The notes beneath the pieces were generated by a model. That model was not told the DNA's origin. It saw nothing but the letters and a program-made list of their open reading frames with translations, and searched no databases. Position numbers and translations under genes: made by a program. A stretch of 63,991 nucleotides of DNA, counting the filler, from Octopus bimaculoides (lineage: Eukaryota), in the NCBI RefSeq assembly GCF_001194135.2. It is 6 parts of 6 records of this genome, joined end to end, with 100 filler letters (N's around TTAATTAATTAA, not from the genome) between each part and the next. Parts side by side here need not be neighbours in the genome. Positions count along the whole stretch, not along the records: positions 46,522 to 61,457 come from NC_068984.1; positions 61,558 to 62,847 come from NC_068998.1; 4 more parts are not named here. The stretch is one strand, 5' to 3'. Shown piece after piece: positions 51,720 through 62,644 of the stretch (positions are counted from its first letter, which is position 1; each line of letters begins with the position of its first letter).

Positions 51720-51728
51720 AATAATAAT

Positions 51729-52392
51729 ACACAACATGGAAGAAAAGACAAGAAGAGAGTACCTGCGGCGAGTGAGAAAAATATTGGCTTCAAAGCTGAA
51801 TACCAGAAACATAATTTGGGCAATAAACTCACGTCCAGTCGCAGCAGTTCGGTATGGTGCTGGAATCCTGAAGCGGGTAGCGAAGGAGCTAAAGGAGATG
51901 TACAGGAAGTCAAGAAAGCTCCTAACGATGCATGGAGCCTATCATCTACGTGCAGGCACTGATCGCCTATACATGAAGAGAGCAGATGGAGGAAGGGGAT
52001 TGATAAATGTGGAAGACTGCGTGCGTTTCGAACTTGAGAGCTTAATGAGATACCTAGCCCAAAGTAAGGAAACCTTGCTAGCGACAGTTAGGAACGAGGG
52101 AGTACTGATAGCAGAGAAAAAAGGGAAAGCAAAGGAAGAAGTAGAAAAAGATATGAAAAAGAATTACGCAAGAAGGGACTCCACAATCTATTCCATGTAG
52201 CTACAACAGAAGTTGCTGGAAAAATAGGTGGGATTGGCTGATGAAAGGAACCCTAAAAAAAAAAAGAGACCGAGAGCACTATAGTGGCAGCACAGGACTA
52301 AGTGCTGGCCACGAACTGGAGGATCAACCTGAGGAATGACCAAGTGTCTCCGCTGTGCCGCATCTACAATAAAGTGGATGAAACCATTGCCT
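51729..52392 (+). mobile_element. R4/Dong-like LINE internal fragment
   Basis: ORF 51688..52200 has EYLRRVRKILASKLNTRNIIWAINS..VRYGAGIL..HLRAGTDRLYMKRADGGRGLINVEDC. Later VAAQD and CRIYNKVDET remnants. Preceded by (AAT)3 at 51720-51728. Confidence 0.88.
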
Positions 52393-52442
52393 AAATTCCA
52401 TGCCTTGTACCTTTAGTAGAAATGATTATTAATTTACGCGAT

Positions 52443-52615
52443 AAGGCGGCTAGCTGATAGAAGCTGGCAGAAGCATTCTGAGTTCAAATTCTGCCGAGGT
52501 CGACTTTGCCTTTCATCCTTCCGAGGTCGATAAAATAAGTACCACTTGAGCATGTAATCAACTTCCCCGACCCCCGAAATAGCTGGCCCTGTGCCAAAAT
52601 TTGAAACCGTTATTA
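52443..52615 (+). mobile_element. SINE family B, internally deleted
   Basis: aaggcggc..gctggcagaa..ttctgagttcaaattctgccgaggtcgactttgcctttcatccttccgaggtcgataaaataagtacca..gtgccaaaatttgaaacc. Confidence 0.88.
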
Positions 52616-53049
52616 ATTTACGTTATTAATTTCGCTCAGTACAAAAGTCATTTCTTTTAGAAAATGTTAAAATATAGTGTCGTGTTAATCATGTTGTTTA
52701 CATTGATATTGGTAACATAAAGAGAAATGAAACGATTTCAAGCGAAAACTGTAATTATATCTTGCAACTTCTCTGATTACTGTGTATTAAATATTCCCCA
52801 GAAGCGTTTGCCTTCACTAATAATGTAAAATTAATAAACACATTAATTTACCGCGAGTAAACCACCGAAAAGGTATATTCGTAAAAAACTGAAACATATT
52901 TACTCGTTTAGCTTATTTGATAACCCGTGTTATTCATTAAATGATCACTGCCTGTCTTAACGCTTTCTACAGTCTTAATTAACCAAACTATCAAACTTCA
53001 TTTGCCAGTTTTTTGGGTTTTTTAAAAATATTATTGGAATGGTTTGTAG

Positions 53050-53159
53050 CAGTGTTTCTTAACCTTTTTTGTCTCGCACCCCACTTCGATTTTCAAAAAA
53101 CAAAAACAAAACATCATACGCCTGTCCCACCATGAGTGAAGAAATTTAGCATAAATCAT

Positions 53160-53190
<31 letters not shown>

Positions 53191-53426
53191 TTCACACACA
53201 ATGCGATTTAAGTTGTTATATCTTCAAAGATGTTTTGCCTTTATACGCATCGTTACTGAATTAGTGATAGTTACCGTCATGGCTATAACAACCAAAGGAA
53301 ATTTCAACTAAAATTTTATTGCTAGTTTTACTCATTTGCTATTTACTTACGCCATATTCTTAAATTCTACGCCCTACCAAAAATAATATCCCGTTGGTGG
53401 AGGTGCTCCAGCCTTGAAAAGCACTG
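53050..53426. mobile_element. hAT (Charlie-type) MITE with internal (CA)n
   Basis: Termini CAGTGTTTCTTAACC and CCTTGAAAAGCACTG (reverse complement CAGTGCTTTTCAAGG). Flanks GTTTGTAG / GTCTAGAG are a 5/8 match, and the right flank fits the Charlie NTCTAGAN target consensus. Confidence 0.75.
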
Positions 53427-53544
53427 GTCTAGAGGAAGTGATTGTGCCCATGACGTACGTATCTTTAACCGACGAGATCAACGTGGTTAATATTCCTCTT
53501 TATAAGAAGAAAGACGTAGGCAGCAGGAAGTTTTCATTTTATTT

Positions 53545-54120
53545 GGATCTATTTTAAAACGGGGGCCACATTTTTCATTAATGTTTTACGTAGTGTTTTT
53601 GGTACGGAAAGACTTTCAAACTTCGTATACTTATCTATTTTGTGTTATAGAACAGAAAAATATTTTTGTATTCGAATTTATTTCATGTAAAAAATTGTCT
53701 TATTTCCATAATTTCAACCAATCACTGACAAGTATTCAGTTGTTTACATTTACTCCTTTGGCTGATTAAGCGATGTAAAGCGTATTTAATCTCCATACCT
53801 TCGTTTTATTTGCTTTTTTCATTTTAAATTTGCTTTAACCCTAACCCTAACCCTAACCCTATGGTTAGGGTTAGGGTTAATTGTTTCAGAATCGTTTGTT
53901 TATGTAGTCGGCACTTAATGTATATCGGCTGAATGGACGTCAGTGATTGGTTGAAATTACAGAAATACGACAACTTTAACATGGAATAACTTATGGATTT
54001 CTTTTTTTTTTTAAAGAAGACTAAGAGAAAAAGATGTTTTATATGACACATTCTACCAGTGTTCCAAGTTTCAAAGTGTTTTGTTAATGAAAAATGTGGC
54101 CCCCGTTTTAAAAAAGATCC
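53545..54120. mobile_element. Non-autonomous DNA transposon (MITE) with 37-bp TIRs, 8-bp TSD and central telomeric palindrome; Merlin-like termini
   Basis: TIR GGATCT(A/T)TTTTAAAACGGGGGCCACATTTTTCATTAA, 36/37 identical at both ends. TSD TTTTATTT at 53537-53544 and 54121-54128. Inner 21-bp perfect inverted repeat at 53709-53729 / 53939-53959. Centre (TAACCC)4-TAT-GG(TTAGGG)2TTAA. Confidence 0.9.
53836..53880. repeat. Interstitial telomere-type repeats in inverted arrangement (TAACCC)4 / (TTAGGG)2
   Basis: Directly readable: taaccctaaccctaaccctaaccctatggttagggttagggttaa. Confidence 0.95.
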
Positions 54121-55764
54121 TTTTATTTTAAGTGCAAATAAGCTCTGATTTAATACACCGCATATCAATGGTGTTCTAAAGAAAACACATTATCTTTTCC
54201 TTTTTTTTTTCCATGCATAATGTAGCCAGAACTACATTGCGAATGAGTCCTTATATCTTCAACATTAAGAACGTTATTTTAAGGGAGATTTGGCAGTTGT
54301 TTCTAGTGGGTCGGTCGAACGACTGCATAGAGGATCTTTCAGATATCGGACAACTAGGATCGAGTTAGTGCAACTAATGTTCCGTTTGTGTTGTTGCAGG
54401 TAACTAGATAATGGAAAGTAACTAGATATGGTTGACAGAAAGAGTTATAAAAGATGCCGTTTGGGAAAGGTAGCCTATTACTTTTCTTTTCTTTCTCCAC
54501 TTTTCCTTTCTTTAATTCTTGCTTTATACAGTCTCTTTTTTCTTTTCCTTTTTTCTTTCTTCATAAAGTATTTCTCTCCCTCCCCCCCCTCTCTCTCTCT
54601 ATCTATCTGTCTGTCTGTCGTCTGTCTAGTCTTTCTACCTGTCTTTTTATCACTATGACTGTCTTTTAGTTTATGCAAGTCTTTCGTTTGTTTGTCTCTG
54701 TCGGTTTTCCGTTTATTCTTATTACACACACATACAAACACTCACACACACATGGTTGTCATCATATGTATAACTGTCCTTTTGTGTACCTTTATAGCTG
54801 TTTGTATGCGTGTACATATATACTTATTCATACAAATATCTTTATGACTACACACACACACTCACGCCCGCACCATACGCACAACTTCCGTTGTTGTTGA
54901 AAATGGAATTATAAACATAAGTAGCTTCTGAACTTATTCTTCAAATCTGTGTTCAAGAAAAGACAAAAAAAAAATTAGGCAAGTTGGGGATTGGTAGGGG
55001 CTAAACACAACTGGGACATTCTTAAAAACAGAAATATTAATCCTTAACCTTTCAGTAAGATGGCGTTGCTGTTTTAACATTTCCTGTCAAAATGTTTTTC
55101 TGACCCCGCATTTTCTCTCCCTCTGTACATACATGTATACTTACATATATATACATTATATATACACATATCTACATCACACATTTTCCATTTTAAGCGA
55201 AATCCCCGCTAGGTGATAGTATTCATCAGGATCCTGTGACAAATGCCATGTTCCAGCTGAAACCATAATGGTTGAGGCACCTAACTGAAGATCTTTTTAA
55301 ATATGTTACTTCAGCTGTATATCATTAACAAACATATGCCAGAGCATTTGAACCGAATTAAATATCAGTTATCAAGTGAGATCTTCTTATCTTCTATCAT
55401 AATTCCATTGACATCTTAGATGTTTTATAGGAATATTAACAGAAGTACCTGGTCTTGCCGGAATTTAAAGAAAATATTAGAAAAATCACTTACTTTATAA
55501 CATTTCCATTGAAAATATGCGCCTCTCTGTAACATTCCTCCTATCTCAGTGAAAACTGTGAAAGTGGTAGAAATTGTGGGGCACCTTTATTTCCTTTATG
55601 TGGTGGTTTTTCACTCCTTCTAGGAAAAGTTGCTTTATTTTTGAATTATTTTGATGTTTAGAAAATATTTAACCCGTTTCAATATATTGTACCATCTTCC
55701 CTATTTTACAGATGGAACGACAAGTTTTGCAATCTTTTTATGAGGCATGATTTGTATTACAGCC

Positions 55765-55915
55765 GGTCAGTGGATTGATAGAATACTTAGAGCATCAGAC
55801 AAAATGCTTTGCGGCGTTTCTTTCAGCTCTTTAGTTCTGAGTTCAAATCCTGTCACGGTCAGCTTCAGTTTTCAGCTCATCGGCATCGATAAAACGAAGT
55901 AGCAGACTAGTAACA
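55765..55915 (+). mobile_element. SINE family B, degraded
   Basis: gacaaaatgctttgcggcgtttc..gttctgagttcaaatcctg..atcgataaaacgaagta. Confidence 0.65.
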
Positions 55916-56760
55916 CTACAGTAAAATTACTGGTTTTGTGCTTTAATTATAACAGTTAAGTGAGAGCTGGGTGCTATCCCTAACAGGATGTGCGGCAACA
56001 TAGATGCCCCACCTCATTGGTTCTGTTATTAGTAATTAGGAAAGAGTTGGATAGAACAGAAACTATAGAACACTGAGAAAAATTCTTTGTGTTTTGTTGT
56101 GTCTGTTTATGTATTTACTTCAAATCAGGACTGTTTTAGCAGCATTGTAGGCCCCTATAACATTTATTTATTGACAGCAACTCATAGCATACATAGACCA
56201 GGATTGGGACCCTAGGAACTTCGCATTTCATTTCTCTGGTTGTGAGTAAAATACGTAGCAGCTGTTGTGATTTCCTCAATGCTGTGCTTGTTCCAATAGA
56301 ATTTCAATATTGCAACATGAACAAAATAATTTCTACTCGAATTGACTTGAGAATTGAAAATCTTTTGAAGAGAACGTGGTCACAAGGACTAGCCTCTGAA
56401 AAGATTTGTAGAGCAATTTGTATTCGATTTGCAATATGGTTCAATACTAATTGATGGGAAGGAATAAGACCCAGTTATGACCTTGTTCGATTCAATCGAC
56501 CATCTACTCATCCTATCATTTGAAGCTTGTACCAACGTGAGAAACGAATAAATGCTGTAATGGGGTAACGAGAAGGTAAGTGATTTATGGCATTTTATTG
56601 TATCTTTGTATTTTCTGATATCAGATTCTTCTTCGGCCAAATCTGAGATCGATAAATAAGCGTCAGTCATCCAATGTGATCGATTCTAGAAAATATACGT
56701 TTTCATTGATAAAGGCTGGTTTGTGCTTATGTGAGAAACTTTGTATTACGAACGTAACAA

Positions 56761-56985
56761 GGTTGAGTTGGCAGAACCGTTAGAGCGTTGGGAAAATAAT
56801 GCTTTACCGTATTTGTTCCATCTCTTTATATTTTGAGTTCAAATTCTGCGGAGGTCAACTTTATTTCTCGGGATCGATAAAATAAAGTATCAGTTAAGTA
56901 CTGGGATCCATGGTGTCGATTAATGCTCTCTCCTCAAAAATTGTTGGTCTTATAACCAAAATCAGAAATCGTGTTGTCACATAAT
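56761..56985 (+). mobile_element. SINE family B, degraded
   Basis: gagttggcagaaccgttagagcg..aatgcttt..tgagttcaaattctgcggaggtcaacttt..gatcgataaaataaagtatcag. Confidence 0.75.
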
Positions 56986-57579
56986 ATCTTCACCAGTTTC
57001 TTGAAACTGAACTTCTCCACACACTTCACAGTGCATCCTTATTTTATGTTGAAGTTTGAAAGAGAGACGATATTTATGACCTCGGCAGATCTTCTTTGAT
57101 TGGTCGAATCAATAACTGTTTATGTTTAGTTTCGAGATAGTTTAGCCTTTTTATCTTATTCCGCCATAGTCACATTTTTTTCTCTCTCTCTAAACGAATA
57201 GAAATATGTAACCTTTTGCAGAGAAAACAGCAAGCATAACTTTTTCCCTGAGAAAACATCATTACTTACGCAGCTTTACTTCATGACATATCTGATAACT
57301 AGAACAGCCATTTTGTTGTATTAAAAAATAAACGAGAAAAATAAATTATTCTCGAAAATGATTCGGTTGAGTGTTCACATTTTACTTGCCAGTGAACATA
57401 GAAGAGTCAAAAGAGAAAATTCAAAAGAGCAAACATATGATTGTACAATGCATATGCGCACATTGTTTTGCATGCGAATGCACATACACGACATGTGAAT
57501 TTATGAATATAAACTTGTATGCAAAATGTATTTGATATTTGATATTATTAGCATAGATTCATAACATCTACATCAATAA

Positions 57580-57581
<2 letters not shown>

Positions 57582-57657
<76 letters not shown>
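57582..57657. repeat. Pure (CA)n microsatellite
   Basis: Directly readable. Confidence 0.95.
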
Positions 57658-57659
<2 letters not shown>

Positions 57660-58560
57660 ACGTACACACGCGTGCACATTCATACATTCAACATTTACAA
57701 TGAAAGTATTGAATACTAGAGACATCGCGATTCAAAACAAGGATTATAAAATCTTTGTGCCCGCGAAATCACGTACAAACGAAAGTATGCGCGCGCAGAC
57801 ATAATTACTAATAGAAGCCGAGCAGATGATTAAAATTGCAAACGTATAAGAGAGAGAGGAATAAAGAAAAGTCATTAAACCAATAGAAGTGTCGATGCAG
57901 TTGTTATTGTTGTCTAGTTCCAAGTTGAGTTGGATCGATCAGACATTTTAGTACAAGTGTTCTCTGACAATGACCATCTCGCAAGCCTGATTAAGTAGAC
58001 TGATGATTAAACGAATCCATACACGAACATCCCGTCTTTATTTAAGGTATGATATATACAAGACTAAAATATCCTCAATACATACGTCTTCTTTACTTTG
58101 ATCTTAGGGAGATTTGACTACCGTTATTAGCAGGACAAACGATAACAAAAATGCCCACCCTTTTTATTTCTATTTTTGGCTCCTTTCACTTTGATTTTCA
58201 GATATAAGTAATCCCATTTTTTAAGATAAAATAATGTGTAATTTGAGGGAGATTTAGCTGCTATATCTAGCCAATGGAGGATTCCCTGGTTGATTCAATA
58301 CAGTTTGAATACCGGACTAGTCAGGACTAGATCGGACTAAACCGAACTAGTGACTCGGTCGTGACTAAGTTTAGTGCCTTACTGTTGTGTGGTCTATATC
58401 CCCTGGGTAGGTCACTTTTAACCATTTCTTTCCTCCAGTAGTACTTTCGATAAAATATAAACTACTATGAAAATACGAAGAAAATTAGCTTTGCTTATCA
58501 AATACAAAGCTCCTATGACCCGTACGTCTTTAAACTAACATTAAAATCTTAACGCTTTCC

Positions 58561-58639
58561 CACTTACTATAGCCTCGGGCTGACCAGAGCCTTGTACGTG
58601 GATTTGGTAGACGGAAACTGAAAGAAGCTTGTCGTATAA

Positions 58640-58677
<38 letters not shown>

Positions 58678-58879
58678 GGGGNNNNNNNNNNAACACTTGA
58701 TAACCGGTGTTGGCGTATTTACGTCCCCGTGGTGCAGCAGTTCGGCAAAAGAGATCGATAGAAAAAGTACCAAACTTAAAAAAATAAAGATACTGAGGTC
58801 GATTCATTCGACTAAAATTCTCCGAGGCGGTGACCCAGCATGGTCGCAGTCTAATGCCTGGAACAAGTAAAAGATAAAA
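58561..58879 (+). mobile_element. SINE family A, 5'-truncated, with internal (TA)n
   Basis: actatagcctcgggctgaccagagccttgtacgtggatttggtagacggaaactgaaagaagc-(TA)n-..ttcggcaaaagagatcgataga..ggtcgattcattcgactaaa..cagcatggtcgcagtc..gaacaagtaaaagataa. Confidence 0.85.
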
Positions 58880-59239
58880 AAGAGAAATTGATCATATCAT
58901 TTTCCTGTTTTATGTTCAAACTGGCCAGATCCGGTCTCTCACAACTACCCTATTCTAAAATCTTATTCTAAAAATAATTGAAACCTCGAAGCTATTGGAT
59001 AATGCATGATTAATTCAAAACAATGTGAATAAATAAGCATTACATTTGACACAATAATCTTAATGCTTAAGGGTTAAGTAATAAACCTTGTCTTCTTAGA
59101 TATGTTTGTTCACTGAAAAAAAAAATGCAATAAATGTATTAAGAGTGATGATCAAAGCATGTATCGGCTTTTTTTTTTACACTGCATTATTTTTAATGTA
59201 AATCTCTCTTGAAGCATATTTATAGAGTTATATTATAGG

Positions 59240-59536
59240 GTCACGCGATCGGCCAGAGTATTGGATTTTGTTATACATCGCTGGACACAATGCATTTTTG
59301 TATCATTTTAGCTTTTGAATGATGCCACCCAATGGCTTGGTGAGCAGGTGAACACTCCCCGTGACTGGAGGAGCTAGTCCATCACAGGGTCACCCATTTA
59401 CAGCTGAGTGGACTGGCGCAACCTTAAATGAAGTGTTTTGCTCAAGAACACAACGCGCTGCCCGGTTCGCGAATCGAACACACGATTCGCTAAATCATGA
59501 GTGCAACACCCTAACCACTAGGCCACGCGCCTTCAC
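59240..59536 (-). mobile_element. tRNA-derived SINE, family C head with CORE-like middle and a different tail
   Basis: Reverse complement reads gtgaaggcgcgtggcctagtggttagggtgttgcactcatga..gtgttcgattc..gcgttgtgttcttgagcaaaacacttcattt..cagctgtaaatgggtgaccctgtgatggactagc. Confidence 0.8.
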
Positions 59537-60850
59537 ACCTATTATGACACATACTTTATATGTTTTACACTAATAAGCATGATTGCTAACGTTAAGAGTT
59601 TTAATCCGCGGCCACCTGGTTTTGGGTGGTTGCAACCTCATTGCATAGCACCTAGACGCGTCCTGTAGAGCAGCTGACCGAAGTACTTTAAGTAAATTTT
59701 GATACACACATAAGTCTATTTTACGAATTCTGAGAAACTATGTACATAAGTTGGCATATATCATATTGGACCGTTGAAGCGTTTGACATGAACTTTCATA
59801 GTCTCTGATACTGACTGAATCAATAGAATTTTAGTCTTCATATTGAAAAATCGATGGTTCGTACGAAATCAGTGCTGTACTGTAATAACATGGCAAGCAT
59901 ACTTAGTTGCCAAATTGTTAATATCCATGTAAATACATACCATATCGTGGCACAGTCATTCGCTAGTGTTGCGTAGTCCCAGGGAATCTCTGATCAAGCG
60001 GACCTGGGTCTGCACAACTGGGAAAAGGGATGGGATGGTCGAAATGGTCAAACTTTTTTCAACTCAATATTTACAGGAAATTATTTATAGCTTTATCTGC
60101 TTCGAGATCCACTGTTCCAATAAAATAATTATTTTGCATTCCCTCGAAATCTGTAAATTCTTACGACGCCAGCAATTCTCGCCGGTTAGAATAGAGTTTA
60201 CAAAATGGAATACAGAAATTCGAGGGAATGTTTTGGTCCAATAGAAGAACGCCTGTCGTTTACAGGAGATGTGGATTCGAGTCCGACGAGCAGCCTTCCT
60301 TTATACATTTATGTATATACACATATATGTGTGAGTGTGTATGTGTATGTATGCGTGTACATATTTATATAGTCGAGCTGTATGCATATTACATGATTCA
60401 GGGAGAGACAGAAAAAATGAAAGAAGAAATGAAAGAAGAAAGGAATAAAAAATGGTAAAAGAAAATAGAAAGTAAAGGAAAGACAGAAGAAAATAAGAAA
60501 AAAAATGGGTAAATAAAAATATGAAAGAAAGAGAAGGACAGGTTATTCACGTGGTGGTATTTTTCTTTCATGGCAATTTTATATTTGTCTTTTTTTATTA
60601 AGAGAAAAAAATGTTAACTTTAGTATGGATGACAAAGGATTGCAAGAAAACATAATTGTGGGAGTGTGGTTCAATGAAATTAGAAAGGCTATTGGAAGTA
60701 TGAGAGAAAAAGAAAAAGAAATGAGTTATATATAATGTTCTGTCTTTTTGTTTTGTCTTTTACTTCTTTTCTGAACATGTTTGTCGTCTCTCTTATTCCC
60801 TGTACATTGTATGCTAATGTATTTAATCAGGCAATTTCTCGCTTTATTTC

Positions 60851-60890
<40 letters not shown>

Positions 60891-60949
60891 GAAATACTGT
60901 TATTTCTAAATCTCAGTGACAATTTTTTAAAGTAAAAGCTAATAGCCAA

Positions 60950-61300
60950 CATAATGTGGCTGTCTTGGAAAGGACGTTGTTACTGTTCATTAGATAGTCG
61001 TATAGCCAGCTAGAAACGATGTTTCTTGGGGATAATGAACAGTAACAACATCCGCTCCAGGATAACCATATCATGTTGGCTATTAGCTTTTACTTTTATT
61101 TATTTAAACACACACTTTTCGTTAGAATGGTCTATTATAGGGAGGGTTTCCCATACGATAAGGGTAGGAGGTATTGCAACTTGTGCAATCTTGAGTTGTT
61201 TTTTATTCTATTTTCTAAGCATAAACTAATTAATAAACTAACATATAATAGGTTCAGATGTGTTCACGTTCGCAAACATACTTATTTTTGGTTTAGATAA
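60950..61300 (+). mobile_element. Penelope-like element GIY-YIG endonuclease C-terminal end (Naiad-type), frameshifted
   Basis: FSLEWSII (ORF 61026) shifts into GFPYDKGRRYCNLCNLELFFILFSKHKLINK..RCVH (ORF 61073). This matches the W.I..PY..G.K.C.LC..E..FI..L.NK...C.H terminus of Naiad-type PLEs. Confidence 0.65.
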
Positions 61301-61557
61301 TTTCATTGTTTATTTCTCCTATAGCAGAACTTTGTTATGATCGGGTATTAAGGTCTGGGTTTTAGTATTTTTAGTTCTGCTATTGCTCTATTTACTTATT
61401 CGTACATCTGTTCATATACATGTGCAAGTGTATATACATATGCATGGGTATACGTGGNNNNNNNNNNNNNNNNNNNNNNNNNNNNNNNNNNNNNNNNNNN
61501 NTTAATTAATTAANNNNNNNNNNNNNNNNNNNNNNNNNNNNNNNNNNNNNNNNNNNN

Positions 61558-61834
61558 CCAGTTCTTCTCCGTTTGGAGGTCTGGACCAAACCAGACCCCG
61601 AGCATCTCAACCGGACCGTCAGTCCAACGTCCCACGACGGAGGCGCTACTTGACGGCATGGGGTTGCTTCTCCAGGTGCCGAGCCGCAAGCCCACTGACT
61701 TATCCCGGTTGATTTTCGCTCCCGTTACCGCTTCGTAGTCTCTCAGTGTCTCGCCGACAAGCTCGATGTGCTTTTGGCTAGACACTATGACGGTGACGTC
61801 GTCCGCGTATGCCGACACGCTCGTCCCGCATCCC
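61558..61834 (-). mobile_element. L1/Tx1-clade LINE RT fragment, 5'-truncated, runs into a gap
   Basis: Stop-free frame GTSVSAYADDVTVIVSSQKHIELVGETLRDYEAVTGAKINRDKSVGLRLGTW..VEMLGVWFGPD. This covers the YADD catalytic motif, the GAKIN.DKS motif and the LGV motif. GC-rich relative to flanks. Confidence 0.9.
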
Positions 61835-61924
61835 ATAGATAGATAGGTGGATAGATAAATAGATAGGTGGATAGATAGATAGATAGGTGGATAGATAGAT
61901 AGGTGGATGGATAGATAGATAGAT

Positions 61925-62644
61925 AAATATATAACTTTATTGGCCACACAGGGCTGAACATAGAAGGGACAAATACAATGTAGAGTCTTTCTTTTCGAGA
62001 GGGGGGAGGCGAAAATAAACAAAAATAAAAAATAAAAATACGGACAACGCTCAAAAGGGATCGAAATCGTTTGGGATATACAAAAGTCGAAATAGTTCAG
62101 AAAGTTCCCAAAAGTGGGGAGGTTTATCCGTGGAAAGCAAGACCCACGAAAAGACTACGGTAACCTCGGGCAGTAATGTCATGCAATAACACATTTGCAT
62201 GTAGGTAACTCTTTTTTCCTTTGTGTTTTCTGGTTCATAGGATCATGCTCAAGCTGGCTCCGTCATTCACCCGTGCCATCCTGGCTACATTCACCCATCT
62301 TTTTTTGAAACATTCACTAGACAAAACTTCCCCCTCTACTCTCACCTTCCTCTTCAAGTGATACTTGAAGAAGTTGATCAGACATTGACCAGAGAGGAAA
62401 GTGTTTGTCTCTAGTCCTTTCAGACGCGCGTCCACCATACACATTCTTTCGCCGTAGCCACAAGTACGATGGAAATGGCTCTTCCTTCCCGTTTGAAGGA
62501 AGGAGGCGCGACAATATTGACGATAGACTCGGCTGATAAATCGACTCGTCCCACACGTGACAGCAGTCATTCGACATAGGTCCACAGGTCGGAAATGGCT
62601 GGACACTGCACGAGTGCGTGCAGAACGGTTTCATCGCTCTGACC
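61925..62644 (-). mobile_element. L1/Tx1-clade LINE 3' end (CCHC knuckle remnant, C-terminus, 3'UTR with AATAAA)
   Basis: Manual translation GQSDETVLHALVQCPAISDLWTYVE*LLSR..AKECVWWTR, a frameshift, then KGLETNTFLSGQCLINFFKYHLKRKVRVE..FKKRWVNVARM..SMIL* (stop at 62235). Minus-strand AATAAA at 61936-61941. Confidence 0.82.

Noticed and set aside
53836-53880. Relic of a telomere-telomere chromosome fusion
   Set aside because: Orientation is CCCTAA then TTAGGG, the reverse of a fusion scar, and it sits inside a TIR/TSD-bounded element.
58310-58560. 10-bp GGACTAG-type repeats and a possible Penelope 3' remnant
   Set aside because: Four or five very degenerate units; translation gave no consistent motif.
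58895-59077. TTAA/piggyBac-type MITE ending AATGCTTAAGGGTTAA
   Set aside because: Only one candidate terminus is visible; no matching left TIR or TSD found.
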